DNA of 64,000 bases from Promineifilum sp. (GCA_020634335.1 JACKBY010000013.1:16823-80822); one strand, 5' to 3'. Shown: positions 48,301 to 57,565, counted from the stretch's first letter. Translations and numbers: made by a program. The notes: a model not told the origin generated them from the sequence alone.

Positions 48301-50310
48301 GCCGCGGTGGTTGAAACCGTGCATCTGGCCGTCATCAGTAAAGACTACCAGGCGGACCGACAGTTCCTGGCTGCCGGGCTGCTGCACGGGATATACGGCG
48401 GAGATGGGCGCTTCCAGTGTTGCCAAGATGGAGTAGAACACGTCACCGGTACTCGGCGACAGGCGCACGATAGAGTTTTCGCCCACGGCGAGAACGGCAT
48501 CCGGATCGCCCGGCGTATGGTTAAACGCAATGAGGTCCCTGACGGCGCCGATTTGCTCGCCTATAGAAACCTCCCAAATCTGGTTACCGTCCAGGTTAAA
48601 AGCCATGACATCGCCGGATTGGGTACCCAGCAGGATAGTAGACTCGCCCGTGCTGATCTGATCGTCGACCAGGAGGGATGTAACCTGGTCGGGGATGATT
48701 GTCTCCCAGAGGCGCTCGCCGGTTGACTCGCGAAGCTCCAGCCAGCTAATGAGCATCTGCCCTTCTAGCGTTTCGTCGGCCGGCGGTCGCTGGCGACGCA
48801 CCACGGCAATACGGGGTGACTTCCCAAGTTCGTAACGCACGCGCCCCAGGTGGGAGATGATTTCCCCGGGGGCGTGGAGCCAGCGAATGGTGCGATCGAC
48901 GGCCAGCGTGTGGAGGCGGCCGTCGCGCGTGCCAACGATCACTTCATCTTCGCCATCCTCGTCCAGGTCTTGAATCAGCATTGTCGTTGGCTCAGCGTCG
49001 AGGATGTATTCCCATTCCTGGATGTATTCGCTGTTGCCCACGCCCAAGCCGATCAGTTGCAATGTGGCGAACCGGGCCAGCAAGAGTTCGTAATGATTGT
49101 CGTTGTTGACATCTACCAGGCGAGTCAGGCCGGGTAAATCTGTGTCATTGAGTTTGGCCAACGTCTGGCCGTTGTTGCCCAGAAGCAGAACGTCGGCCAG
49201 TTCGCTGGCCGTTGCCAGCGGCTCCAGAATGGCCGCCAGGGGGGTTTGGCCGGGCGCGGTGCGGCCGCCCGCCGGCAGCAAGGCCAGCACGCGCCGGTTG
49301 GCGTCGCGGGCCAGGTTGTTGGTCCATAGCCGCCGTCCCTGCTCGGAATAGGCCGTGACACTGCCCGCGGCCGTGCCGATGGCCAGCGCCGGTTCGTCGG
49401 GCAACTCCACAGCCGCCAGCGCGGTAATCGGCCGGTTCAACGTCCGGTACCAGAGCAACTCCCCGGATGGGGCATAGATATCTACTTGCCCAAAATTGGT
49501 GCCGACGGCAATGGCTGTGCCTGTCGGGCCAAATGGAACTCTGGCCAGGCTGGTGATGCGCCGGGAGATAGCTTGCTGCCAGGCGATGGACCCATCGTCC
49601 AGATAGATTAATTGGCTGAACCGGCGCGATGTAAAGATGCCGACCACGATCTCTTTTTGTCCATCGTTGTCAAAGTCATCGACGATGAGTTGCGGATTCA
49701 CGCCACCACCCGCGTCCTCGACGCCAAATTGCCAGACCGGATCGCCATTGATGTCGAGCGCCATTAATTCGCCGGATGCCAGAAGCAGCAGAATGTCCTG
49801 AATGCCGTCGGCCCCATAGTCGAACGATTCGATAGTGACGGGGGCGCTGGCGACGGTGATCGGGACGCGCCATTGTTCTTCACCGTCTTTGTCGAGCATC
49901 GTGACGTAGTCTGCGCCGGCCAGAACGATCTCCTTGATTGACAATTGTTGCTCGATGCTGTCGACCGTGCCGATGGCTGTGACCGGCTCCTGACTGACGT
50001 ATGTCCACTCTTGCTTGCCGTCGGCCGCCAGGAGCGTTAGATGTCCGTTACGGTCGAGAACGATGAATTCGTCGACACCGTCGCCGTTGACGTCAGTGGT
50101 GACGATATTTTCGATGCGTCCGGACGCGGCGAATTGCCAATAGCTTTGGGGGCGAGCGGCTCCTTGGGCGGCGACGAGGGTAGAAGTGCTTGCCAGCACG
50201 GCGACGGGTATCAACAACACTATCCACCCCCATCCGGCACTTTGTCCGAAGTGATGGATGAATCGAGTGATAAGTCCGCGTAACCGTGGAGCGAGATGTA
50301 GCGCGTTCAA
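45337..50310 (-). CDS. membrane receptor-like STAND ATPase: signal peptide, extracellular FG-GAP/PQQ-like beta-propellers, TM helix, helical plus Ig-like region, C-terminal STAND/AAA ATPase
   Basis: DVNGDGVDE/DFDNDGQKE/DLDEDGEDE/DLDKDGRPD motifs; TM LPVLAGSLGFLGLAALMAYW; NPYLPG..FYGREE, GQRRTGKTS, VFDEFE, TAGHPYFLQ. Confidence 0.85.
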   Translation of the reverse strand: MNALHLAPRLRGLITRFIHHFGQSAGWGWIVLLIPVAVLASTSTLVAAQGAARPQSYWQFAASGRIENIVTTDVNGDGVDEFIVLDRNGHLTLLAADGKQEWTYVSQEPVTAIGTVDSIEQQLSIKEIVLAGADYVTMLDKDGEEQWRVPITVASAPVTIESFDYGADGIQDILLLLASGELMALDINGDPVWQFGVEDAGGGVNPQLIVDDFDNDGQKEIVVGIFTSRRFSQLIYLDDGSIAWQQAISRRITSLARVPFGPTGTAIAVGTNFGQVDIYAPSGELLWYRTLNRPITALAAVELPDEPALAIGTAAGSVTAYSEQGRRLWTNNLARDANRRVLALLPAGGRTAPGQTPLAAILEPLATASELADVLLLGNNGQTLAKLNDTDLPGLTRLVDVNNDNHYELLLARFATLQLIGLGVGNSEYIQEWEYILDAEPTTMLIQDLDEDGEDEVIVGTRDGRLHTLAVDRTIRWLHAPGEIISHLGRVRYELGKSPRIAVVRRQRPPADETLEGQMLISWLELRESTGERLWETIIPDQVTSLLVDDQISTGESTILLGTQSGDVMAFNLDGNQIWEVSIGEQIGAVRDLIAFNHTPGDPDAVLAVGENSIVRLSPSTGDVFYSILATLEAPISAVYPVQQPGSQELSVRLVVFTDDGQMHGFNHRGIEMSQWTWPYPVGEQPVVVEPSDVGAVEAFQENATAFLLATTDAQLKQIVVTDNQPAVTWSLDDLGDVQAMSWDDLDKDGRPDTGAFGTREGDVWLYEQLQTRDPRLVLQLPLASSIFDLALLKRTSRQSPDLLAITQNGLIRLFREEENRPPLLTHPVIEVDQGQFSVGIQVNDVENDTVAVQLEVHDQVIDAWRPVSEQQLVSGNGQLFWPGVTMPAGTTRINYRLRFSDGFYRGYVTPPLGPTVATPVAGNVTLPVLAGSLGFLGLAALMAYWRQAQTPAAQAGRFYKRLTQDPANTLPMLEQQYAQMGGSPDFLLQLANQARRAGNPALANLSDGLFLLANRPQAGLPIITRTLDDLAASENVWRNLSQRRLIYRTCQTMLEAPSIIELGLVRPQYVKMLAVLEERKEWSPALDMLLPVLTNMRDSDRVEAADDRLVYLNQAAVRLRQIQDQLFEFSPSVERTLVRAIGRRWSGLLTAEIEEQRGRAELDVSLKTKRLAPNGRQTHVAMEIRNTGRAAAENIIAALSDNPAYQVHSEPQVIPFLPSGHSRQVQFLIEPQAEDRFRISLALTYDDRNRRDKTAAFGDMVHLLPPVREFAPIVNPYLPGTPLRKDNPLFYGREELFDFIAEHAGTHSQRNVFMLVGQRRTGKTSLLLRLEDYLPPHLIPIYIDCQSLGVSPGMPALLQEFAWHIADSLGARGLKLAVPPIDVWNTDPARIFQREFLPAARRLLPPEATLLMVFDEFEAFESMVADDILPRTFFPYMRHLMQHSSGLGFVFVGTRRLEEMSADYWSVLFNIALYRKIDFLSPQAAERLICEPVAPNLIYDDLALDKILRVTAGHPYFLQLVCYTLVKQANLQKTGYVTISDVNVALDEMLRLGEVHFAYLWQRSNLAERAVLAAAAHLMDRNEPLHPEEIIDYLRTYSIELNPADATQALNLLVERDVMHEVTVEGKSLYELRIGLVGQWVAQNKSLSKLHIHLES

Positions 50311-50336
50311 TTTAGTGGCGGCGGCGAACGGCCGAC

Positions 50337-51668
50337 CTATTCTTCGGGGGGGCGCAGGGCATAGCCCACGCCGCGCTCGCTAATGATCCAGTTTCCAAAC
50401 GGATCGACAGCCCGTCGCAGGCGTTTGATCAGCGTTTTTAGCCGGTCCGGATCATCGACCAGTACGTCACCCCAAACCGCCATTTCCAGGTCTTCACCGC
50501 GGACGACCTGACCGACGTGCCGGCACAGTCGCACCAGAATACTGAATTGCGACGTAGTCAGACTCAGTTCCCGGCTGTTACCCCATACCTGATGCCGCTG
50601 TTCGTCGATCACGAAGGGACCGGCCTGTATCAGGCCGGGAACATCCTGACGGCGCACGAAGCGTCGTAGAATTTCGCTGCTGTACAGATAGGTATTATCC
50701 ACTCTTTGCAGCAGGCATTGTTGCTCCAATTGCCGTAGACTCTCTGTCGGCCCGTCGGCAATTGCCAGTACGTGTTGATCCTCCGGCGACAAATTCTGCC
50801 AGAGATAGCCCAAATGGGACTCCGCCTCGACCTCGATTGGACCGTCCAAAACCTGGAAATCGGCTTCCGTAACTTGGTTTAGGGATACATCAATTTCGCC
50901 GGAATTGATGGCCTGAATGGCGTGATAGCCGGCGATGTGGAGGAAGAAAGGGTGCAGCCCGACAAGCTCAATAAGATAAGCGATCAATTCTGGCGGCAGG
51001 ATCTGTCCCGTTCGTTCCAGCCGCTGGCGAAAAAGCTCATGGGCCTCGGCTTCCGTGAAAAGGCCCAGCGGCATGGTGACGAAAATATTGAAAAATGGGG
51101 AACTGAGTACAGTCTCTTCTGCGGTAATGGCGAATAGAGGCCTCTGGCTGGCCGTTAGATAGGCTAATCCATACTTGGTCGTGAGACCGCGCAGGCGCGC
51201 GAAGAAATAGGGCGTCAGGTGCTGATTGGCAGCCAGCAACTCAAACTCATCCAAAAGCACTACGACGCTTGACCCCTGCTGGTAGATTTGCTGCAAGGCG
51301 CGGTCAAGGGCGCGATACGTCCCCGGCTGCTCGGCCGTGTCGACGGTGAGGTCTGCCTGAGCCGCGGCGTCCAAAAGTCCATCGAGCAGCAACTCGTAGA
51401 CCTCTTCCGGCGGCGAGCCGGCCAGCTCCTGGCAATCGAGCAAAACGAATAGGCTATGGGGCGGATCCAGTTGAAACGGGGCGCGAACCGACGCATTGCC
51501 AATATGCAGGAGCAGAGAACTTTTACCGATGCGGCGTGGGCCGATCAGTGAGATGCTCTGGCCGTTGCGCAGCAAGCCCAACATTTGAGTTAGCTCCGCT
51601 TCGCGGCCGACAAAGTCTTCGACGTGGCGAATCGCGCCACGATGGAAAAAAGGATTATCTACACCCAT
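50337..51668 (-). CDS. STAND/AAA ATPase fused to C-terminal OmpR/PhoB-type winged-helix DNA-binding domain
   Basis: NPFFHRG..FVGREAE, GPRRIGKSS, LLDEFE, GLHPFFL; LTTSQFSIL..VWGD..LKTLIKRLRRAV..ERGVGY. Confidence 0.88.
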   Translation of the reverse strand: MGVDNPFFHRGAIRHVEDFVGREAELTQMLGLLRNGQSISLIGPRRIGKSSLLLHIGNASVRAPFQLDPPHSLFVLLDCQELAGSPPEEVYELLLDGLLDAAAQADLTVDTAEQPGTYRALDRALQQIYQQGSSVVVLLDEFELLAANQHLTPYFFARLRGLTTKYGLAYLTASQRPLFAITAEETVLSSPFFNIFVTMPLGLFTEAEAHELFRQRLERTGQILPPELIAYLIELVGLHPFFLHIAGYHAIQAINSGEIDVSLNQVTEADFQVLDGPIEVEAESHLGYLWQNLSPEDQHVLAIADGPTESLRQLEQQCLLQRVDNTYLYSSEILRRFVRRQDVPGLIQAGPFVIDEQRHQVWGNSRELSLTTSQFSILVRLCRHVGQVVRGEDLEMAVWGDVLVDDPDRLKTLIKRLRRAVDPFGNWIISERGVGYALRPPEE

Positions 51669-51756
51669 AGTACACTCTATTGTAATGCTGAATGAGTTTA
51701 AAAGGTAATAGCCTTCTCGCCCGCTCAGCCCGCCATCATTCGCGCCGTGCAGTGAC

Positions 51757-51785
51757 TTGCCGCCGGTCGGTCAAGTACGTAAAAT
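51757..51785 (+). promoter_or_regulatory. sigma70-type promoter giving a probably leaderless mRNA for the YprB-like gene
   Basis: TTGCCG-N17-TAAAAT, 7 nt before in-frame GTG 51793; no SD. Confidence 0.55.
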
Positions 51786-51792
51786 CGAACAT

Positions 51793-53088
51793 GTGAACGA
51801 TGAAATTGGTTCCCTCTTGCGACAATTGGGGGTCACCAAAGGCGCGCGGCATCTACGCTCGGCTCCTGCCCCGCGCGAGGTCGAAGAAAGACCTGCTCGT
51901 GACGATGGCACGCCACCGCCGCTGGAGTTACTGTTGCCAGGCGGCCGGCTGATGGAGGCCGCGGACGGAGCCTGCTTCGTCGTGGAGCGCGTCTATCCCA
52001 CTCACTATAGACACGGGAACGACACCCTGGCCGATCTGTTGGCCATCGAGCCGGGTGAGGGTGCCAGGTATGCGCTGGATCAACGTCTGTCCGGGCAGAC
52101 GTTTCGCGATTTTCTGTTTCTTGATACGGAAACAACCGGCCTGGCCGGCGCCGGCGCGCTGGCTTTCATGGTAGGCGTGGCTTTTTTTGAGCCCCATGTG
52201 GCTGTCGTCGAGGGGCGGGTTGTCGAACTGGATGTCCTCGTCGTTCGCCAATACTTTCTGCGCGACCATGGTGACGAACCCGTCATGTTGCGCCTGCTGG
52301 ACGAACTGCTCACCAACAGGGCAGGTCTCATCAGCTTCAATGGTCGCTCGTTCGACGTGCCTTTGCTGGACAACCGCTATTTGATGAATCGATTGCGTGG
52401 CCGCCTGCTCGACGTGCCCCACATCGATCTATTGCCGCCGGCGCGGCGGCTCTACAGGGCGCGCCTGGGGTCGTGCGCCCTCGGCTCGCTGGAGCAGAAC
52501 CTGCTCGGACTGCATCGCACGCAGGATGACGTTCCCGGCTGGCTCATTCCTTCGCTCTACTATAACTACTTGCGCACCGGAGATGCCCGTGAATTGACCC
52601 GGGTCTTTTATCACAATGAAATGGACATGCTGTCAATGGTGACGCTGGCGGCGCGAATCTTCAGACAGTTGTCGACTTCAGTATGTGATGATGCGATCGA
52701 TCTGGTGAGTCTTGGGCGTTGGCAGGCGGATTTGGGCCTTCACGCCGAGGCGGAGCGCACGCTTAGATCCGCCCTGGATAGCGATTTACCTCTGGAAGCC
52801 TACCAACTGGCGTTGTACCACTTAAGCAATTTGTATAAGCGCACCAATCGCCGTCCTGAGGCGGTCATCGCCTGGCAACAACTGGCGGCTGTCAGCACCA
52901 GCGACGTCGCGGCCTATGTGGAATTGGCCAAACATTACGAGTGGCACGCCGGCGACGTTCCCGCGGCCGTTGAATGGACAGAGCACGCCCTGGCGCTGCT
53001 CGACCGGCTGCCGCTTACCCCGAACACGCGCTTGACACGCTCGGAGTTAACCCACCGGTTGCGCCGTCTGGAGAAGAAGCTCGGTTAG
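51793..53088 (+). CDS. YprB/MrfB-like RNase H-fold exonuclease with C-terminal TPR-like helices
   Basis: LFLDTETTGL, SFNGRSFD, HIDLL, YHNEMDMLS (DEDD), ELAKHYEW. Confidence 0.88.
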   Translation: MNDEIGSLLRQLGVTKGARHLRSAPAPREVEERPARDDGTPPPLELLLPGGRLMEAADGACFVVERVYPTHYRHGNDTLADLLAIEPGEGARYALDQRLSGQTFRDFLFLDTETTGLAGAGALAFMVGVAFFEPHVAVVEGRVVELDVLVVRQYFLRDHGDEPVMLRLLDELLTNRAGLISFNGRSFDVPLLDNRYLMNRLRGRLLDVPHIDLLPPARRLYRARLGSCALGSLEQNLLGLHRTQDDVPGWLIPSLYYNYLRTGDARELTRVFYHNEMDMLSMVTLAARIFRQLSTSVCDDAIDLVSLGRWQADLGLHAEAERTLRSALDSDLPLEAYQLALYHLSNLYKRTNRRPEAVIAWQQLAAVSTSDVAAYVELAKHYEWHAGDVPAAVEWTEHALALLDRLPLTPNTRLTRSELTHRLRRLEKKLG

Positions 53089-53096
53089 CGAGATGG

Positions 53097-54302
53097 TTAT
53101 TCGCTCATCATCGCCAGGACAGTGTCCAGGTCTTTATCGCCGCGGCCGCTCAGATTGATTAGCAGAATCTGGTCCGGGCGCATAGTGGGCGCGCGCTTCA
53201 GCGCTTCCGCCACGGCGTGGGCCGACTCCAGGGCGGGAATGATCCCCTCTGTTTGCGACAATTCGTGGAAGGCGACCAACGCCTCATCGTCCGTGGCGTA
53301 GGTGTAGAAGGCGCGTTCCTGGTCGCGCAGCCAGGCATGCTCCGGCCCCACACTGGGATAATCCAGCCCGGCGCTGATGCTGTGGGTGTCCCGGATCTGG
53401 CCGTCAGTTGTTTGCATTACGTAGCTTTTCGTGCCGTGCAGCACGCCGATTCGGGCCACGTCCGGGTCGGCAAATCGCGCGGCATGACGGCCGCTATCGA
53501 TCCCTTCACCGCCCGCCTCGACACCGATGAGGTCTACCCCGTCATCATCCCGAAAAGCATGGAAGATGCCCATGGCATTGCTGCCGCCGCCGACGCAGGC
53601 CACTATCGCATCCGGCAACCGGCCGCATTGTTCCAGCATCTGCTCACGTGCTTCGCGGCCGATGACGCTCTGAAAGTCACGCACCATGGCCGGATAGGGA
53701 TGTGGCCCGAGGACGGAGCCGAGCAGATAGTGGGTCGTCGTCACGTTGGTCACCCAGTCGCGGATCGCCTGATTGATGGCATCCTTCAGCGTGCGGCTGC
53801 CGGAACTGACGGGCCGCACCTCGGCACCCAACAAGCGCATACGCTGGACGTTAGGCTGCTGCCGGGCGATGTCGACATCGCCCATGTAAATGACGCCTTC
53901 CAGACCGAGCAGGGCACAGACGGTGGCCGTGGCGACGCCGTGTTGCCCCGCGCCGGTCTCGGCCACCACGCGCTGCTTGCCCATGCGCCGGACGAGCAGA
54001 GCCTGGCCCAGGGCATTATTGATCTTGTGCGCGCCGGTGTGGTTGAGGTCTTCGCGTTTGAAGTAAATTTGCGCGCCGCCGAGCTTTTCCGACAGGCGGC
54101 GGGCATGGGTGAGGGGCGAGGGGCGGCCGACGTAGCTGCGCAGCAGGCCCTCGAACTCGGCCATGAAGGAGGGATCGCGGCGTGCGTCATCGTAGGCAGC
54201 GGCAAGCTCTTCAACGGCGGGCATCAGCGTCTCGGGCACGAACTGGCCGCCAAACGGCCCAAATTTACCTTTTGCATCGGGGAGCGAAATTGTTGGGTCC
54301 AT
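53097..54302 (-). CDS. trpB: tryptophan synthase beta chain
   Basis: [48 protein letters not shown]. Confidence 0.97.
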   Translation of the reverse strand: MDPTISLPDAKGKFGPFGGQFVPETLMPAVEELAAAYDDARRDPSFMAEFEGLLRSYVGRPSPLTHARRLSEKLGGAQIYFKREDLNHTGAHKINNALGQALLVRRMGKQRVVAETGAGQHGVATATVCALLGLEGVIYMGDVDIARQQPNVQRMRLLGAEVRPVSSGSRTLKDAINQAIRDWVTNVTTTHYLLGSVLGPHPYPAMVRDFQSVIGREAREQMLEQCGRLPDAIVACVGGGSNAMGIFHAFRDDDGVDLIGVEAGGEGIDSGRHAARFADPDVARIGVLHGTKSYVMQTTDGQIRDTHSISAGLDYPSVGPEHAWLRDQERAFYTYATDDEALVAFHELSQTEGIIPALESAHAVAEALKRAPTMRPDQILLINLSGRGDKDLDTVLAMMSE

Positions 54303-54425
54303 AGGTGAACTATACCGGAATTCCTGAATTTATCGGATTATAGCAATATTGGTCACTCAGCAGTGCGCGATCCGGCAAGTCTGGTATAAGTGAGATCAAG
54401 ACTTAATTATGAACAGGTCAAGATC

Positions 54426-54515
54426 GTCGTGCCGGATTCTTATCCGGCGGCCGAGGCCCGGTTGCGCCGTTCATGAAGATGTGGGCTGCGCAGCCGGTTA
54501 AGAAACCGGCGCTAC
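54426..54515. repeat. GTAG-family REP doublet, copy 3
   Basis: GTCGTGCCGGATTCTTATCCGGCGG...GCCGGTTAAGAAACCGGCGCTAC. Confidence 0.8.
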
Positions 54516-54564
54516 AGTGTTATCGAAACCGGCTGGAGCGGCTACCTGTGATAGAATAGAGCTT

Positions 54565-55938
54565 ATGATAAAGGAATTAATCGTTGTGGGTGGCGGACTG
54601 GCGGGCAGTGAGGCGGCCTGGCAGGCGGCCGAGGCGGGCATCGAAGTGCGCTTGTACGAGATGCGACCTGATCAAACGACCCCCGCCCACGAAACCGCGT
54701 GGCTGGCGGAACTGGTATGCAGCAATTCGCTTGGCTCCGACTTGCCCCACAAGGCACCGGGGTTGCTAAAGGCGGAGTTACGCGGTCTGGGGTCGCTTAT
54801 ATTAGAGTGCGCCACGTCGACGGCCGTGCCCGCCGGCTCTTCGCTGGCCGTCGATCGCGAGGGGTTTGCCCGCTTGGTGACCGAGCGAATCGCCGCTCAC
54901 CCGCGCATTGCCCTGATGGCCGAGGAGATGCCGGCCATCCCCGACAGGCCGACGATCATCGCCAGCGGCCCGCTCACTTCGCCGTCGCTGACGCAGAGCA
55001 TCGGCGCGCTGACGACACGAGACCACCTCTACTTTTACGATGCCGTCTCGCCCATCGTCCAGGCGGAGACGATCGATATGTCCATCGCCTTCCGGCAATC
55101 CCGCTATGACAAGGGCGAACAGGAAGAAGGCGATTACATCAATTGCCCCATGAACCGCGAGGAGTATGAGGCCTTTGTCGAGGCGCTCCTATCGGCCGAG
55201 ACAATTACCCTCAAACAGTTTGAACGGGAAGACCCCCATTTCTTCGAGGGTTGTATGCCCATCGAGGCTTTAGCTGCGCGTGGGCGCGACGCGCTGGCTT
55301 TTGGCCCGATGCGGCCAGTGGGGCTGATCGACCCCCGCACGGGGCGGCGACCCCATGCCGTCGTTCAGTTGCGACAGGACAATCTGATCGGCTCGCTGTT
55401 CAACATCGTCGGTTTTCAAACCAACCTGAAGTGGGGCGATCAGAAGCGGGTCTTGCGCCTCATTCCCGGCTTGGCCGGGGCGGAGTTTGCGCGCTTCGGC
55501 ATGATGCATCGCAACACATATATCAACGCGCCGGCAATGCTCCAGCCGACGATGCAGTACCGCAACCGGGCCGATCTGTTCTTCGCCGGACAGATCGTCG
55601 GCGTCGAAGGGTATGTCGGCAATGCCGGAACAGGGTTGCTGGCCGGCATCAATGCCGCGCGCTTGCTGCAAGGCGCTCATCCGGTCATCTTGCCGCCGGC
55701 CACCATGCTGGGGGCGTTGTGCCACTACGTCACCCACAGCGCCGTCAAGGACTTTCAGCCGATGAAGGCTAACTTCGGCATATTACCCAGCCTGCCGCCC
55801 CGGCCCGGCAAGGAGGAACGCGGCCGATATTACGCGGAACGCGCCCTGACGACCTTGCGCCGTTTTGCACGCGAGCACGGGCTGCGTTACGATCCCGCTG
55901 TCGCTGCAATGTCACCCGCTTCGCCGGCCCGCGAGTAA
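54565..55938 (+). CDS. trmFO: folate/FAD-dependent tRNA (uracil-54)-methyltransferase
   Basis: [52 protein letters not shown]. Confidence 0.96.
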   Translation: MIKELIVVGGGLAGSEAAWQAAEAGIEVRLYEMRPDQTTPAHETAWLAELVCSNSLGSDLPHKAPGLLKAELRGLGSLILECATSTAVPAGSSLAVDREGFARLVTERIAAHPRIALMAEEMPAIPDRPTIIASGPLTSPSLTQSIGALTTRDHLYFYDAVSPIVQAETIDMSIAFRQSRYDKGEQEEGDYINCPMNREEYEAFVEALLSAETITLKQFEREDPHFFEGCMPIEALAARGRDALAFGPMRPVGLIDPRTGRRPHAVVQLRQDNLIGSLFNIVGFQTNLKWGDQKRVLRLIPGLAGAEFARFGMMHRNTYINAPAMLQPTMQYRNRADLFFAGQIVGVEGYVGNAGTGLLAGINAARLLQGAHPVILPPATMLGALCHYVTHSAVKDFQPMKANFGILPSLPPRPGKEERGRYYAERALTTLRRFAREHGLRYDPAVAAMSPASPARE

Positions 55939-55966
55939 AAGCTTGGCAGTTCACGAAAAGGAGACT

Positions 55967-57565
55967 ATGGAAATCCCGGTTGAAACAACAGTCGCCAACG
56001 TCGTCGTCTATCCTGACCGCGCGCGGGTCACCAGTCATGGCCGGTGCGACCTGGCCGAGGGATCGCATCAACTTGTTGTGGGCGAATTGCCCCTGGCCCT
56101 GGAGCCTGATTCGGTGCGCGCGTCCGGCGCCGGGTCGGCCCGCGTCCGTCTGCGCAGCGTGGACGTGCAGCGCCGTCACTACGCTGTCGCCCCGTCGGCC
56201 GAAGTCGCCGGCCTGGAACGGAAGATCGAGGAGTTGCAACTTTCATTAAGAACATTGGCCGACCGCCAGGCCGTCAAACAGGCCTCGATCAATCATTTGA
56301 ACGGGATGCGCGAGGCGACCAGCGAGTATGCTCGTGGTCTGGCCCGTGGACGTAGCACGATAGATGAGCAGACCAGTCTCATCCGTTTCTTCGAGGAAGA
56401 GGAGATTCGCCTGCGGGCCGATCTGCGTCAGGTGGATGAAGAGCAGCGCGGTCTGAAAGATCAGCTGGTGAAAGTGCAGGCCGACCTCGACCAGATTCGG
56501 TCGGCCCGGCCGCGCCAGCGCTATGAGGTCCGGCTGGAGATCGAGGCGCTCTCGGCGGGTGACTTTGGCGTGGAGATCACCTATGTAGTCGGCCGGGCGG
56601 GATGGCGGCCGTTGTACGACATGCGGCTGCGCGAGACGAACGGCTCAGCAGTCGTCGCCGTTTCCAGTCTGGCAGAGATCACCCAAGATACCGGGCAAGA
56701 CTGGACGGCCGTCAAACTGTCGGTTTCCACGGCTCGCCCGGCATTGAACCAGCGGATGCCGGAACTCAAGCCGTGGTTTGTCGACGTGCTCCAGCCGCAA
56801 CCGCGTCTGTACAAAGCACAAATGGCCGCCAAGAGCGTGCGAATGGATGCCCTGGAGATGGTTGCGGCCGACGAAGCGCCGCCCATGGCCGCGATGGCTC
56901 CAGCGCCCGTGGTCGCCGAGGTCGAGATGGCCCAGGCTGAGGAAAGCGGCACGGCTGTGACCTTTCGCGTTTCCGGCGACGTGGATATTCCCGGCGACGG
57001 CACGCCAAAAAAGACCGCCCTCGGTCACTATGATCTGACGCCGGTGCTCGATTTTCTGGCGGTTCCCCGACACACCGATGCCGTCTATCGTCGGGCCAAG
57101 CTGAACAATGCCACCGGCGCGCCGCTGCTGCCGGGAGTAATTAACCTTTACGTGGGCGAGGAGTTCATCGGCCAGAACCGGATCGGGTACACGCCAAGCG
57201 GCGGCGACGTGGAATTGATCCTGGGCGTCGAGGAACGCATCACGGTCAAGCGAGAGTTGATCCGCCGCGAGGTGGACAAGCGCCTGCTGCGCGATCAGCG
57301 CCAGGTGGTTTATGGGTACGAGATCAAGCTGGAAAATCTGCTGACTTCGGCCGCAAATGTGACTGTGCAGGATCAGTACCCCGTCTCACGCCACGACCAG
57401 ATCAAGGTTCGCCTGGATCGAGCCGTGCCGGAGCCGGTGGAGCATACTGATATGCACATCCTGAAGTGGCAGTTGGCCTTGGCGTCGGGCGAGAAGAAGA
57501 CGATTCAATTTGAATACCAGGTCGAACACCCGCGAGCGTTGCCCATAGCCGGGCTGGCCGATTAG
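55967..57565 (+). CDS. DUF4140/DUF4139 (MuiA-like) protein
   Basis: VVVYPDRARV, coiled coil, WRPLYD, QDTGQDW, LSVSTARP; AAGGAG SD. Confidence 0.88.
   Translation: MEIPVETTVANVVVYPDRARVTSHGRCDLAEGSHQLVVGELPLALEPDSVRASGAGSARVRLRSVDVQRRHYAVAPSAEVAGLERKIEELQLSLRTLADRQAVKQASINHLNGMREATSEYARGLARGRSTIDEQTSLIRFFEEEEIRLRADLRQVDEEQRGLKDQLVKVQADLDQIRSARPRQRYEVRLEIEALSAGDFGVEITYVVGRAGWRPLYDMRLRETNGSAVVAVSSLAEITQDTGQDWTAVKLSVSTARPALNQRMPELKPWFVDVLQPQPRLYKAQMAAKSVRMDALEMVAADEAPPMAAMAPAPVVAEVEMAQAEESGTAVTFRVSGDVDIPGDGTPKKTALGHYDLTPVLDFLAVPRHTDAVYRRAKLNNATGAPLLPGVINLYVGEEFIGQNRIGYTPSGGDVELILGVEERITVKRELIRREVDKRLLRDQRQVVYGYEIKLENLLTSAANVTVQDQYPVSRHDQIKVRLDRAVPEPVEHTDMHILKWQLALASGEKKTIQFEYQVEHPRALPIAGLAD

Noticed and set aside
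45337-51668. Avs/NACHT-type anti-phage defence call for the STAND genes
   Set aside because: No nuclease, TIR, SIR2 or protease effector and no defence-island context; the output is a DNA-binding domain, though a defence-related role is not excluded
53217-54308. 363-aa plus-strand ORF
   Set aside because: Antisense shadow of trpB
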